A stretch of 64,000 nt of DNA, taken from assembly GCA_964036045.1 (NCBI GenBank), contig OZ038378.1, positions 170,500,001-170,564,000 on the forward strand, read 5' to 3'. Source of the DNA: Eutreptiella sp. 'Long Island Sound 2002'. Lineage: Eukaryota; Protista; Euglenida. Positions 1 to 12,250 of this stretch are shown here, in pieces. Each line of letters begins with the position of its first letter. The first letter of the stretch is position 1. Position numbers and translations under genes: made by a program. A model generated the notes under the pieces. The model searched no databases. It was given only the letters and a program-made list of their open reading frames with translations, and had not been told where the DNA came from.

Positions 1-413
1 CTTACCAGCAACATATATTTGGCAAAAGTGCCCTACCTTCTTTAGCTGTCTAGCTTCATGTGCAGCTGCCTAGAGGAGTGTAAAGTGAGCCCCCCCCCCC
101 CCGCCTCCCGGTCAAGCACATCCTTGAGGCCCTGTGCAACACATGCATGTTGCAGACCCTGTTTGTTGTATATGGTCTAAGGTGCAGCATGCTGTACCGA
201 ATGCGTTGGCTGGCCAATCCACCAATTTGGCAGGTTTGGAGCCTGGATCACTTGCACGGCCAAGCTGAGACTGCCAGCAAGCCCCACTGCTGCACGGAGT
301 TAATCAGCTGCCCCTTCACCCCGACTTGTTCTCGTCTCAAAAGCACTGCACCATGTGCCCCTTTGTCCCCTCAATTCAGGTTAACCTCCATTTCCTTCCC
401 CTGCATTTTGCAG

Positions 414-644
414 GAGTACCGCCTGGATAAGTCCGGTCAGCTCTTGCCGCCGCCTCTGAAAAGAGAGCCCAGGCCCTCCAGCCCTTCACATCCCTCAAGT
501 CCTTCAAGTCCCCGCCAGACTACCCTCGACTCATTCCTTGACCTTTCACCAGAGAAAGCCGTCAAACGGGAGCGTGGCAAGGCAAAGGGAAGGACAGGCA
601 GACTGCAGGGGGCTTTCGGGGGGTCAAAGCCAAGAGCACAGTAA
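414..644 (+). CDS. Probable terminal exon of an upstream gene; Ser/Pro-rich with PIP-box-like motif and basic tail
   Basis: Pyrimidine tract plus CAG acceptor ending at 413. The frame reads EYRLDKSGQLL...RQTTLDSFL...KRERGKAKGR to TAA. QxxLxxFL resembles the PCNA-binding PIP box. Confidence 0.4.
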   Translation, partial: EYRLDKSGQLLPPPLKREPRPSSPSHPSSPSSPRQTTLDSFLDLSPEKAVKRERGKAKGRTGRLQGAFGGSKPRAQ

Positions 645-3600
645 CTTTTGTCATGTGCCATGCCAAAGCACACACCTACACTTGTGTATATGTCTCAGGG
701 ACATCCATCATGTGCCAACTCAACAACTCAGAGCAAAATGCTGTTTTCCTGAATTGGGGCTTTTCACACCATTTTGTGAACAGTTTGTCAAGCAGAGGGG
801 CACATGTGTATACTTCTTCAAACATGCATGAAAAGGGCTTTTGCAAGAGCCTTTGGGCAGCTGTGGGAGTGAGAAGGTCATGTTTCAATCGCCGCGGGCA
901 AGGGAACACTATCTGCAGGCATGACAACAGATAGCACACGACGTTCCAAGCTTGCGGGGGTCATACCTCAAAATTATCGTTGAGCGAGGGTAAATTGATG
1001 CATTTCGATGTGCAGAAATCCAAGGCAGATCCCACCCTGCAACCTAACAACATTCTTGGAAGGTGCAGGCACTGCTTTTCGGAAACAGGCAGATTTCAGA
1101 GACTGAAAAGTCCTGGAGACCAGGGGATCAAATGTTGAAATTGTCTCGGACACGTTGGGGAGCTGAGAGAGGGGACATGAATTTTTCGATTCTGCCTGTG
1201 AAACTACCTCCGCTAGACTACTTTGCTCTCGACTCAACATACTGACACGTTGAAGCAGTTGGCGGTGCAAGTTCCAAGTGCTGCGAGCGCAGGCAAAACC
1301 TGGGCAGCAGAAAAACCTGTGACTGTTCAACATGTGTCCTCGATTTCTCAAACACCCTGTCTCCCTAGCAACGATTTGTACCTGCCCGAAACGCCCAATT
1401 CTTGCAGGTTTCAAAAAGGGAAAGGGGCAGGCAAATGCATAGATACACGTATATGTATTCGTGCATATGTGTAGGTGTATGCATACGTACCTGTATTTGC
1501 AGACGTATCTGTGTCTGCGTATGTTTGTATATGTATGTCTCTCAGGGACCCAGAAACGCGCCAACACAGAGCGTTTTTCAGGGTTGGGAACAATGTGCCC
1601 TGCTGGGTGGCTACATACCCCGTTCACAGTTTCCTTGTCAACTAAATTTCGACAAAACAAATGACCATTTTCGATGAGTACCGGTTTGCTGGGGCTGTAC
1701 GGTAAGAAGGGGTGGGACCTGCTGGTGGGAGGGCTCGCGGTTGCAAGGACCATGCCCAAAAGGCAGTGGATCTTCTTTGAGGATTCGCTGTGTTCCATGG
1801 CCCCGAGCAGCGGGGATAATCCAATCGCGTTCAGGTCTGCGCAAGCACTGCGGACCCAGGCTCCGGCTGACTGCCATGCAAAATGGAGTCCGATCGGGTG
1901 AAGATAGCATTTCTGCAGGTCCTCAGGGCGGCCTTCGAGGACTCAGTTCGTTCTGTCTTGTTCTTTGTATCCGCAGCCACAGTTGGTTACCCGCCACCCT
2001 GGTTGCTTGGTTTGAGCGCCTGCGGTGAATGGCGGGATCCAACAGTAGGCAGGGCTCAACGACTGCACTGGCGCCGAAAGTAAAGCCGAAGAGCCGCCAA
2101 GCGTTCCAACACGAGGTTTGACACCGATGGTTGGAAACAACGGGTGTCGTGCGCTGGCGTGTCGACTGGTCCGCGAAATGGGACTCGTGCTTCTGAATAT
2201 CCTCTACCCACAGTCGGCCACCCTTCTCGCGCCCGGCTCCGTGTAATCGAGACAAGGACAACTTTTTTTCATTCCTTCAAAGACCTCCGCAACCCTGAAT
2301 TGTCATTGCTGGATCTTTGAGTTTGACCAGTTGCAGGGGCTCGTGGACCACACGATCTCTTCCTTCTTCTGGTTTCCGCCAGACAGCCCCCATAAAGAGC
2401 GCATGCTTTTCTTCTTACTGCCGTCGGTGACCCTTCAAGCGCCATCTGTCACCCTCCCACTGTAGGTTCCAACCGCTAGCCTGAGTGTATCAGACACCGG
2501 AGTACTCTTTGTGTGGTGAGGAGGTGAGCGGGGGGGGGAATACAGAGGGGCAGGGACGGATGTGGATGGAAAGGGGGATGCACAGGGATGTAGGGGGGGG
2601 GGTATGGAGAGGTTTGCGCGGTCCCGGACTGGGGGCCCGTGCGTTTTGAGCCCCCTCTGCATCCTTGCTTGCCCCCCCCCCTTCCTTGCCGCCCCTCACA
2701 CCTCGGCGCGCCCGCTCCCGTTTGGGGGTAGCAGATCAAAAGAGGAGGAGGCAACTCCTGGTCACTCAGGCGTGTTAAGCAGAACGCAGGGCTCCCCCTC
2801 TTCCAGAGCAGCTGTACTACCATTTCCTGAGATCTGTTTGTAAGTGGGCGATGATCAGTTCGACGGGACCCGTACCAGATCGAGTGCCGCGTTCGGGCAC
2901 AGATGTGGTCCCTCTCGAGCGCTGCGACTCATTTCAATGCTTTTCGGAGCACACGATTCTTTGGATCCCTTGCCTTCGACTCCCGACGTTGCAGGCAACA
3001 ATTTAGGGATTCGGCCACGCGACTATGCCCACCCACTACATCTCGTTCCGTTCCTATGTCGTCCTTTGATTCGGTTTTGTGCGAAGACGTGATTCTGAGA
3101 TGCTGCGGCGAGCGTTGCCTGTGTGCTTTGCATGAATTGGTGCCTGTGGCAACACGACGCCTACCTCTTCTGCTGCAAATCAAGAGACTGTGGTCCTGTT
3201 CCCTTGGCTTAGACTGGGCTCACACAAAAGTCCCAAGGCGCAGGGAAAGTCAATGGGGGAGTGCGGGCGGGGCGGGAGCCCTCACAGTGGGGGGCGGGGG
3301 CAGGCATTACAGAAAAGCCCTTCGTCGTTGCTCCTGGGCCTTACTTCCAGAAGTCCTCATTTTACCCTGAAACTGCCTCCGAACATTTGCCCGAGCATTC
3401 AAGCCGGGGCTCCACGGCGGATGACCAGTGGACGCACGATGGTTGGCAGCGGCCCCTCCGGCATTGCAAGGGGTGGGTTGGCAGGGCTTGTGTGCATGTG
3501 GGAGCGGGATGCAACGTTTGCTGAAAATGGTCGACGAAATCTGTCGCGAATTGCAGATGGATGTGACTACAATGCAATCAAGGTGCCCCTCCCGTGGGTG

Positions 3601-3789
3601 ACAATGAAAGTGACAAATTGGACCTTGAAAGTGCCAATGGAAATTTGAACCGCGTCAAATGGTGCCCCATGCAGTCATTGCATCACCTCAACCTAAACTG
3701 GCAACTGTGTGTCGATTTGAAAGGGTGTGTGTCAGGCACGATACCCCACCCCCCGCAGTGTCGGCTGCCCAAGATACGGAGGGTACCCC

Positions 3790-4097
3790 TGCAAGGACCG
3801 CATTATTTGGGACCTGATTTAATTCGGAACCATTTTTGCTGCAACCACATAAGACAAGGGTGTGCAGTCAGAATCTCAGGGTGTTGGGCTGAGGGACAGT
3901 TGAGGTGTTCTTGTTTGCCCAAGGGTCCCCACAATTTTCATTTGACAGGCCCTGCGCATTACCCTGACCCTTTGCTTGCACCAGCGCCACAGTTCCCATT
4001 TCCATTTTCTGCCTGCAAGCCACGGCCTTGTCTAAGCTGCAGCAGGCGTAGGGACCGTATTGACTTGGGATTTTTCCGTAGCTTGGACAAAGGTTGG
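3790..4097 (+). mobile_element. Degenerate copy of mini-element subfamily A (right end recognisable)
   Basis: cttgtctaagctgcagcaggcgtagggaccgtattgactt followed by inverted cgtagcttggacaaagg matches the right end of 10520-11133. ggaccgcattatttgggacctgatttaattcgg near 3796 matches the left internal segment. Confidence 0.45.
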
Positions 4098-5014
4098 TGG
4101 GTGGGTTAAGATACGGCTTGTCCAACACACGGAGCCTGGGTCACTGTGTTAATTTTGGGGCCTAAATTATTTCTGTCCCGATTTGAGGATGTGGGTCATG
4201 ATGCTCAGTGTTTGTGCACTTTCGGGTTTTGCTGAGTCACAGTCGCTTTTTTGTGGTTGAGCGGTACTTCACCCGTTTTCACTCGGTTGTGAGCGGTTGG
4301 CGATGGCATACAAGTGGCAGTGGTGCCGGTTGCGTCGCGGTGCCTCGATGGTCCAGTTCTAATCGCCGCGCACAAGATACGGCGTGTCTAAGATATGGGG
4401 GTGTGTATGCCGTCTTGATCTCGGACATGGCCGTATCTGAGACAACGGGGGGGGCAGGGGGCTACAGGGTTTCCATTTGTTTTGTAAAACGCTTTTTCAT
4501 AAGTTGTTCGTAAGTGACGGTGGGCGTAGACATGCCGCAGCACAGTGCAGCAGCCCGCCGCTGCAGCAGCAGCCCAAGACAGCCCCACAGGAGTGGAAAG
4601 AGCACAGCGGAAACAGTGACAAGTATCCGGCCATTCCCGGGATGACCCCCTCAAAAGGTGCGCGTGGCACGCGGGCGGTGCAAGTACCTCCCCAAAGCGA
4701 GCGTCTGAATACTTGCATCCGAGCGGGGCCTTTACTTTGCCCACATGGTCTTCATTGGTGTTGCCCGGTCCGCAGTCGTCTTCGATGGCCATCAATAGCC
4801 TGACGTAGTCGCAGCATTGCTCTGCGTGTGTTGTGGCCCAGTGCATGACTGTATTGGAAGGAAGGGACCAGATGTGGCCCCCCGGGCCTGTGTGCACGGC
4901 AAGGCCCCATTGGGGTCGGCTTTCCCCACTGCTGTAGCCAGACCCCCCCTGCTTCTCGGCGTACGTCCCATTCAAAGGTGAAATGTCCCTGCAGCGAAAT
5001 CGGTGCCGGGCCGG

Positions 5015-6058
5015 ATGAGATGTTCTGCATCGTGTCCGCAGTGGCTGACCCGCGCGCGAGCTGCGGTTTGGCACTGCGCACCGCTGCTGCTGCGATGCAC
5101 AATCTTGGTCTTCATCATAGGGGCATTGGCAGTGCTGAGGGGTCAGCATAAGCACCGCCACCGCCAGGATCTCTCGCTGTGCGGGCCCAATGGGACACTC
5201 TTCGTCGTTCCTGGGGCCGGGAATCTGTCCTCCGATATCCTCCGCATGGGGAGCTGGGCCCGCGTCTTTCGTGTTGTGTACGTTGCGACCAACTGCAGCG
5301 CGCCGTTTCCGCGGGACGTGCGTTGCGTCCCCGCCCGGCGCCTCACGCGGCACCCCCACAACATGTTCAGCTTCGCTGAGACCGCCTGTCCGAACCGCCT
5401 CGTGGCGCTCACTCATGCAGACGTCGCGCTGCGGGACCCGGAACCGCTCCAGGCCATTGTGCGGGTGCTGCGCGAGCACCAGGCGCAGCAGGAGGCAAGG
5501 AACCCGGCGTACAGGGGATGGGCGGTGAGTTCCTCGAGGCGCGCGGGCACCGAGGGGAACCTCACGTGGCAGAGCCTCTGGATGTGGCACAGCGAGCGGT
5601 CGCTTGTGCCCGCGCTGCTGCCCATGTCCTGCTTCGCGCGCACACCCCTGTTCAAGAGGCTGCTTGCGGTGGGGGTGGACCCGGACCAGCGGGAGCTCAT
5701 CGAACTGGACGGGGACTCGGTGCTTGCCCAGAGGCAGCCCGATGACCCGGACCCCTGGTACCACTCCTGTTTGAACCCGAGGGACCTGTTCAGGCCCCAC
5801 AAGGGCGACGCGGACCGCCACGGGCCTTCCGCGGCGGGGGGGGCGTTCGGGGCGGCCCCGCCGCCCTCCCTCGCAATCGGAAGCTGTGGACATGAGCCGT
5901 GCCTTCGGCCCCACCCGCTGCGCAGGGACGCGGTACGGTTTGCTGACCCTGGTCTCATCAGGAGGGAGGTCGAGGACCGAGCTGGAGTGCGGGCTGGGAT
6001 CAGGGGGTTGCTTAGTGGCCGGTCGATACTACACCCCCATCCCCCCCAGCACCACTAA
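5015..6058 (+). CDS. Putative type II membrane protein, possibly a GT-A-fold glycosyltransferase
   Basis: Open frame of ~347 aa with strong GC3 bias and an N-terminal hydrophobic anchor (ILVFIIGALAVL) followed by basic residues. LVALTHADV is a DxD-like strand-end motif. No intron is needed. Confidence 0.6.
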   Translation: MRCSASCPQWLTRARAAVWHCAPLLLRCTILVFIIGALAVLRGQHKHRHRQDLSLCGPNGTLFVVPGAGNLSSDILRMGSWARVFRVVYVATNCSAPFPRDVRCVPARRLTRHPHNMFSFAETACPNRLVALTHADVALRDPEPLQAIVRVLREHQAQQEARNPAYRGWAVSSSRRAGTEGNLTWQSLWMWHSERSLVPALLPMSCFARTPLFKRLLAVGVDPDQRELIELDGDSVLAQRQPDDPDPWYHSCLNPRDLFRPHKGDADRHGPSAAGGAFGAAPPPSLAIGSCGHEPCLRPHPLRRDAVRFADPGLIRREVEDRAGVRAGIRGLLSGRSILHPHPPQHH

Positions 6059-7509
6059 GCAATCCCTGGCCGGGGTACGTGTTGGTCTTTGTGTTTTTTG
6101 GTGCTGGGATGGCTCTCGATGAGCTGCCCGGCTATCTTTGCGCTGTTACAGCCCCCGATCGCCGGCGAAAGGTTGCCCCCCTCGCTCCCCCCAAAGACCC
6201 AACTCTGAGAGGTGCGGAGTGCGGGAAACAGCCCTGGGACCTGCAAACAGTGCAGCTCCCCTGACCGAGAGCCCCCCCCCCCCCCCCCCCCAAAAAAAGA
6301 AACAAATTTTGCCGGGGATCCGCGGCTTATGGCACTGGGAGCGCACTCCACCAGCTCTACTTCATGGCAAAATGCCTGGCAATAGAGCGCACCGCTGATG
6401 TGTAACACCTGGCGCTTGGAGTTGGGAGCTGATGTAGGGAGCACCTTCCAAACTTCACGGTCTGAGTGTGAAGTCTGTCAGCGCTGGCAGGGGAGTGGGC
6501 GCCATGGAGGCAGTGATGCTGCAATTCTGTAGCGTGTGTGGGATCAGGGCATCCCACCAGCCATTCGGTCATGGCGGGCGGGGGGGCGGGGGGGGCTTCC
6601 CATCTCACCCAGCTTTTTTGGGGGGGGGGATCTGAACGGAGGTGGGAGGGTGGGCATGAGATGGGAGCGCCCCCTCCCCCCAAAAGCGTTTGGCTGCTGG
6701 CCTCCCTGTGACTGTGCCCCGCGTACAGCCCAGTATTGAATGTCCTCCAAAAGGTTTCATTGGTCATCAAGCCGAAGGTAGTGGAGGCGCCCTGTGGTGG
6801 TCACACGGATGCTGTGCAGCGCAACACACGAGATACGGGCCATGTTGGACTGCGTCTGGGTGGCAAGGGGGCTCTTAGGAGCCTGAAATTAGGGCCCCAA
6901 GTACTACAGATCATGGCATGGCGACACCAAAGCTGGGGCAGCCCCAATTTTTTTCCGGTTGCCATTACTTCAGGCGTTGGCCGCCCGCAGAGCACCGCAG
7001 ACAGCCAAACCTGCCAAAAGGTAACACTTTGGGGCTATTTCTGGCCGCCTCTGCCACCCGGCCTCCGAAGGTGGTGCGATCACCGATGGAGCAGAAACAG
7101 AAATTTTTCAAATCCACAAAATCGAATCTGTGATGCCATCCATCAAAGGACTGGAGGTGGATAGAATCAGCAAAAGTCCGCCGGTGAGACAACAGAAAGA
7201 AGGAGCTTTTCCGTCTGCACTGGACAGTCCCCTTCAACTGTTCCCTCGTGTGCAGTAGTTGTGAGGGTCAGAGTCAACGAGACATTTTCGAGTCTAATTG
7301 GGCACACGATTTTGGTGGAATTCGGGTCTGCCTGCTGCCGGTCTGGTGGTGCCGCCTGCCACAGCTCACGAAAATGTGGCGCCGGGAAAGCGCCAAGCCC
7401 CGAATTCCGGATTTGGAAGTCTGTCGCAGACAACTTTGGGAAAACGTCCCAGGGACGTTGCCCTCGATTTTCCCGGCCAAAGTGCCGTCTGTGGAGGGTG
7501 CATGTCATC

Positions 7510-8579
7510 ATGGCACTCTGCACGTCCGGTGGCCTTGGGACAGCGCACTCCAGCTCGGTGACCGCCAGCCCCGAGTCTAATGTGGGTCTCAACCCGAACC
7601 AATCCTCACCCTCGACCCCGCGGCATCCCCCAGCGCTGTTCCGCTGGCCGTTCACCATCGACCAGCAGCTGCAGCTGCGCGCCACCTCCGACAACCGGGT
7701 GCTCCTGACCTGCGTCAATTTCGGGTTTGTCCCTTTCCTCTGGAACTTCGTCTGCAATCTTGCGAGGCTCCCCCTTCCCCATTTCGTCATCGCCGCGCTC
7801 GACGCCCCCACGTACTCGTGGTGCATGGCACGGGGCCTCCCCGTTTTCTTCTTCCCTGTTCCGGGCACCAACATCACGACGGAGCCCGTGTCGTTCCACC
7901 ACCCGGACTACATCGCCCTCACGCGGGCCAAGCCACTGGTCACCGCCGCGCTCCTGGGCCGCGGCTACGACGTCTTTTTCTTCGACGTGGACGTGGTCGT
8001 GTTCCAAGACCCGTTTCCTCTCATCCGCAGGAAAGACGTCATGTACTTCTCCACCGACCGCCAGTTCTCCGGCCTCCGATCCCCGCGGACCACTTCCAAA
8101 TCCCCAACAAGAACACGTTCGGCTCGCTCCTCAACTCGGGGGTCTACTACGCCCCGGCCACTGCGTCTGTCCGCGCGGCGTTTGACCAGATCAATGCCCT
8201 GCTCGCGCTGGGCTGGGGCGACAGCGACCAGCCCGCGTTCAACGAGTTCTTGTGCACCCCGCCTCGGGGGCGGCGCGAGGGCGACCGTTACTGCTTCTGG
8301 CCGGGCGGTGACGGCGCTGGACGCCCCCCGACGGCCCGTGTTCCCCTGCAAATCCACGTATGGCACCCTTTGACAGCCGCCAATGGGAAGACCCTTCTCA
8401 GTGAAAAGGAGGACCTGTGGCAGCCCAAACACATGCATTCCTATGAGGCCCTCATCCCTGTGGTAAAGGGCATGTATACCCTGCACAACAATTGGATCAA
8501 GGGGATGTGGGATAAGGTGCACCGGCAGCTGCATTGCGGGTTGTGGTTCTTGGATGCACACGGGGTCTGTCCCGTCTAG
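7510..8579 (+). CDS. Nucleotide-diphospho-sugar transferase (PF03407/GT77-like), interrupted by a 1-bp frameshift near 8076
   Basis: Frame 1 has RVLLTCVNFGF..FLWNF..NL, HFVIAALD, KP..TAALLGRGYDVFFFDVDVV.FQDPF (DxD motif). Frame 2 has LNSGVYY, DQPAFN and HNNW..G..DK. Adding one C at ctccgat restores a single ORF. The true start is uncertain because the frame is open from 7261. Confidence 0.8.
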
Positions 8580-9379
8580 GCCTCAGCGGGGCTGTGTGCG
8601 TGTGTGTGTGTATCGGGGGGAGGGGCTCACTCCAGCAGGCGTACCCTGCTGGGCCCTTCTGAAGCACGTGGTGATCATCACTGTCCTTGTGGGTCCGAAA
8701 TACTGATTGAGTGTCGCTGATGACCCACGTTGTAATGCCCACATTTTTTTCTCTTGGACCAATATTCAACGGGAAATTTCTTCATGGTGGACTGTCATGC
8801 CTGTGCCAGAAGGATGCCGACAATTTTGAGGTGTTTGTGGGCCTCCTGATTGCCGGATGTTTCCATGATGCCTTCATGGAATAGATAGACTCACAAAGTG
8901 GGGACGCGGTTTTGGAACCCAGTTCAGACGGGTCTGTGCAGGCATCACAACATGACACCTCTGCGTGCATATGATGCTTGATGTCTTTCTGTGGTGGTCC
9001 CTGCCGAGGGCTGACTGAAAATTTCATCATCAACAAGATCTTTGAAGGAACGATAAACCATTAGCTCTGGAATGATTCTTCGGTACAACAACCTCACCGC
9101 CATTGTTCACCTGTCCCTCATGTCAAATCAATATCAGACCCAAAGTGGCACTCAGTTTTCAACACCAACAAATCTCTACTTCGTTTTTGACTGTCTGTTG
9201 CCGATTGTGTAAGTGATGGACGCGTGTGGAGGCTCTAGACAGGTTGCATGCAGCTCAACACAGATAAACACCCCACCCGGGTCGCCATTGAAGGCTTGCA
9301 GTTGCTACAGTTTTGTTGGTGACTGTCCTGCTTTGCTTGCCCCCGCGGTGTTGGTCACAGCCGGTACTCACATGCACTG

Positions 9380-10470
9380 CTGCTGGGTTGGTGGTCATGG
9401 CTGCTGCCCATCTGATAGCACCTTGGCAAGGTTGAGACCCACGTTTGTGGCGTTGGAACCGTCACTGACACTGGACTGTGTTCAGCACGACACAAAAAAC
9501 CTTCTCATTAACCCTGTTCTCCATGTCATGAACCCTGTCACTGGTGTCATGAAATGTGTCAATTGTGTTACAGACCTTGTTAGTAACATTGCGGACCCTG
9601 TCAACCGATATATGAGCCATGTCAGCCATGTCACAAACCTGCCAGCTGTATCACTAGCGGTGTCAACCATGTCATGAACTGTGCCAACTGTAACAGACAT
9701 GATCTGCAATATTTGTGAGAGTGGGGTGCAAGACCTCTGAATAGATTGCCAGCAGGAAAGCAATGCCTCTGCTACAAATTGTCTGTTACAAGGTTAAAAT
9801 GTGGATGCACTCCTTTTATAGAGTAAAATGATACAGTTGTTGCAATAGATGTGCCGCTTCCCTCTCTTTGTTTAGGTGGTTTCTCCTGCCAAGGCACTCT
9901 TAGGGAGACCTGTCCGGGCGGCAGAGTGGTCTTTTCACGGTGGTAGGGTGCGGCACAGCTTGAAAGCGAGCTTGCTACACAGCGTCAATGCCTGCTGCAC
10001 GGCATGACAGAGTGCCTACTGCATAGCGTCACCGGGTGCCAACTGTGTGGCGTCACGGAGTGCCTGTGGCATGGCGTCACAATGGCCTGTTGCATGACAT
10101 CGCGGATGACCTGCTGCACGAAGGGTCTGACGAGGACCTGGGGGGCGCATCATATGGCATGACTAGCCAGGGTAGGTGTTAGCGCAGGAGTAGGCAGGTG
10201 GAGACGTAGGGGCAGGGGCAGGGGTAGGGGCTGGGTTGAGGGCAGGAGAAGATTTGGGGGCAAAGGCAAGACGAATGGTTGGGGTAGAGGCAGGGGTGAG
10301 GGACAACATGCTGGAGGGGACAGCCACGAGCTTGGAGTGCCTTGACGGCAGTATGGGGCAGTATGGGGCATGTCCAGGCGCAGCCACCCAGCCCAAAGAC
10401 GTAGAGGGCGTATCGGGGACCAAGGCGTACCAAGAAGCCGGAGAGAGCATCATCACATCTTGCATATAGG
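9380..10470 (-). pseudogene. Decayed coding remnant with heptad and 8-aa repeats (retroelement ORF1/gag-like?)
   Basis: The minus strand of 9500-9640 reads VDRVRNVTNKVCNTIDTFHDTSDRVHDMENRVNEK (21-bp periodicity). 9980-10120 has a ~24-bp periodicity encoding DAMQQALR-like repeats with stops and frameshifts. A Pro-rich stretch lies at 10150-10465. Confidence 0.35.
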
Positions 10471-10519
10471 TCAGCCCACAATATATTCATACCACACGAT
10501 ACGCCGATGTTTTTTCCTA

Positions 10520-11133
10520 CCCCCCCCCCCTTTGTAATAGCTACGCCCTTGTAATAGCTACAGTAGGCGTAGGGACCATATTAATTTGGTACCTAATTTT
10601 AATTCGGTACAAATGTAGTGCAGCCGCATAACACATGGGTTTGGTGACAAATTTGCCAGCTACATAGGGTCATGGACACATTTGTTGTGAGTGTTTGCCC
10701 ACTTGAACCCACATAGCTCTGATTTGGGGGATATTTGTGTACTATATCCCCCTTTCTTGCACCAGCTCACCATGCAATCTTCTCTTTTTCAACCTGGGCG
10801 TCCAATGATTTTCACACGTTCCACCGGTGAGCGTGTGGATGCCACAATGAAGGGGCCATCAAAGACTGGGGACCCGTTTGTGGTGTTGGAGTACATGAAG
10901 GGTGGGCGGGTGGTCACACACCCCTGTGCCGCCCTTTCAAAAACCGAGTTCTCCATCCGATCACCGTCCCCATCCCCGGAGCCGGAGGTGCACTCATACC
11001 ATGCATTCTCTCACGTGTATGTCGGTAGTTGTATGTGTCGTGCGCAAGCCACGCCCTTGTAATAGCTACAGTAGGCGTAGGGACCGTATTAATTCCGTAC
11101 TTTGGCGTAGCTATTACAAGGGGGGGGGGGGGG
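10520..11133 (+). mobile_element. Mini-element A1 (614 bp): poly-C/poly-G TIRs, TA flanks, internal direct repeats, small ORF
   Basis: TA|C11-tttgtaatagctacgcc ... ggcgtagctattacaa-G14|TA. A ~40-bp direct repeat (cttgtaatagctacagtaggcgtagggacc.tattaatt) lies at ~10548 and ~11057. A near-identical copy at 24520 has different flanks. Confidence 0.85.
10772..11062 (+). CDS. 96-aa small ORF of mini-element A1 (SH3/Tudor-like beta domain suspected)
   Basis: Reads MQSSLFQPGRPMIFTRSTGERVDATMKGPSKTGDPFVVLEY. The ATG is in caccATG context, 6 nt after a pyrimidine tract + CAG. Homologous starts occur at 56483, 57572 and 58381. Confidence 0.55.
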   Translation: MQSSLFQPGRPMIFTRSTGERVDATMKGPSKTGDPFVVLEYMKGGRVVTHPCAALSKTEFSIRSPSPSPEPEVHSYHAFSHVYVGSCMCRAQATPL

Positions 11134-12250
11134 TACAGATGTTTCTTGTTTTGGTAGATTTGGCTGCCACGTAGCATGCCACAATGAGGGTGGAAATATT
11201 TTAGCACGGTCCCATGCAGCCCGGAAAATTTTGGCTGAATCACCTCGCAGAGGTTGTTAGATCAAAGCCAGGCAGGCGTATATATGGGGAAAACGCCACA
11301 TACCCCCCCATTTTGGCCATTTTGGGGCTATTCGCGTACCCTACCCCAAGGGGTTGAATTGTTAGTTTAACCCCTTGTAAAATCATTATTTTGTCCAATA
11401 ATCGCATCCCCCAATGAGTTTTTGGTCCGGACCCCCCCCAGACCCCCCCCACTTGAAACCCACTTTTTTCAGGTTTTGAGGGAGGGGGGGGGGTGGGGGG
11501 GGGGGTCAAAAAATGACCCCCCCTTTTTTTGGGTCGAAAATCATGAATCTTTTGGTTTTTTTCGATTTTGAGCCGAAAAAGTTTTTCCGGGTCCCGACTC
11601 TATGGGGTTTGTATGGGGCGGAGTGGGACGAGCGCTGATGCAGTTTATGCACTTTTCAGCCATTTATGCTATGTTGGCGGTTTTGGCAACCTCGGTGACC
11701 CCGTGGTACCCACTCTGAGGTGTGCGAGTGGGGATGTTGTGACAGTATATGCCTACTAGGATACGAAAGGACGTTTTTTGCAGTGTCTAGCCTTGCTTAT
11801 GGCCGTTCACAACCCGTGCAAAGACGCGAAATGACTGTTTCCACCAATAATGGCCTAGTGAATGGGGAGGTACACAACCTGCTGATGCAGTTGTTCACCC
11901 TGGGCAGCTCAAAAATCGAAGTTTTCGAAACTTGTTTTTTTGATATTGTGACCACCCAAAATGACATTTCAAGCTATGCAAAGCATGTTTTAGGCCGTAT
12001 TTACGTGTTTTTCACCTCATTTGGGTGTTAGGTCCGGGGGGGGGGGGGTCTCCCAAGGGATTGGTACACAACCTGTTTATGCAGTTTTTCAACCCGGACA
12101 GCTCAAAAATCGAAGTTTTCGAAACTTGTTTTTTTGATATTGTGACCACCCAAAATGACCATCCAAGCTATGCAAAGCATGTTTTAGGCCGTATTTACGT
12201 GTTTTTCACCTTATTTGGGTGTTAGGTCCGGGGGGGGGGGGGGGGTCTCC

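Noticed and set aside
4388-5914. 508-aa minus-strand ORF
   Set aside because: It is the antisense shadow of the GC3-rich plus-strand gene and has no recognisable motifs.
11240-11590. GC-run hairpin-rich segment before the satellite
   Set aside because: It looks like a dispersed repeat, but there is only one copy in the window, so it cannot be supported.
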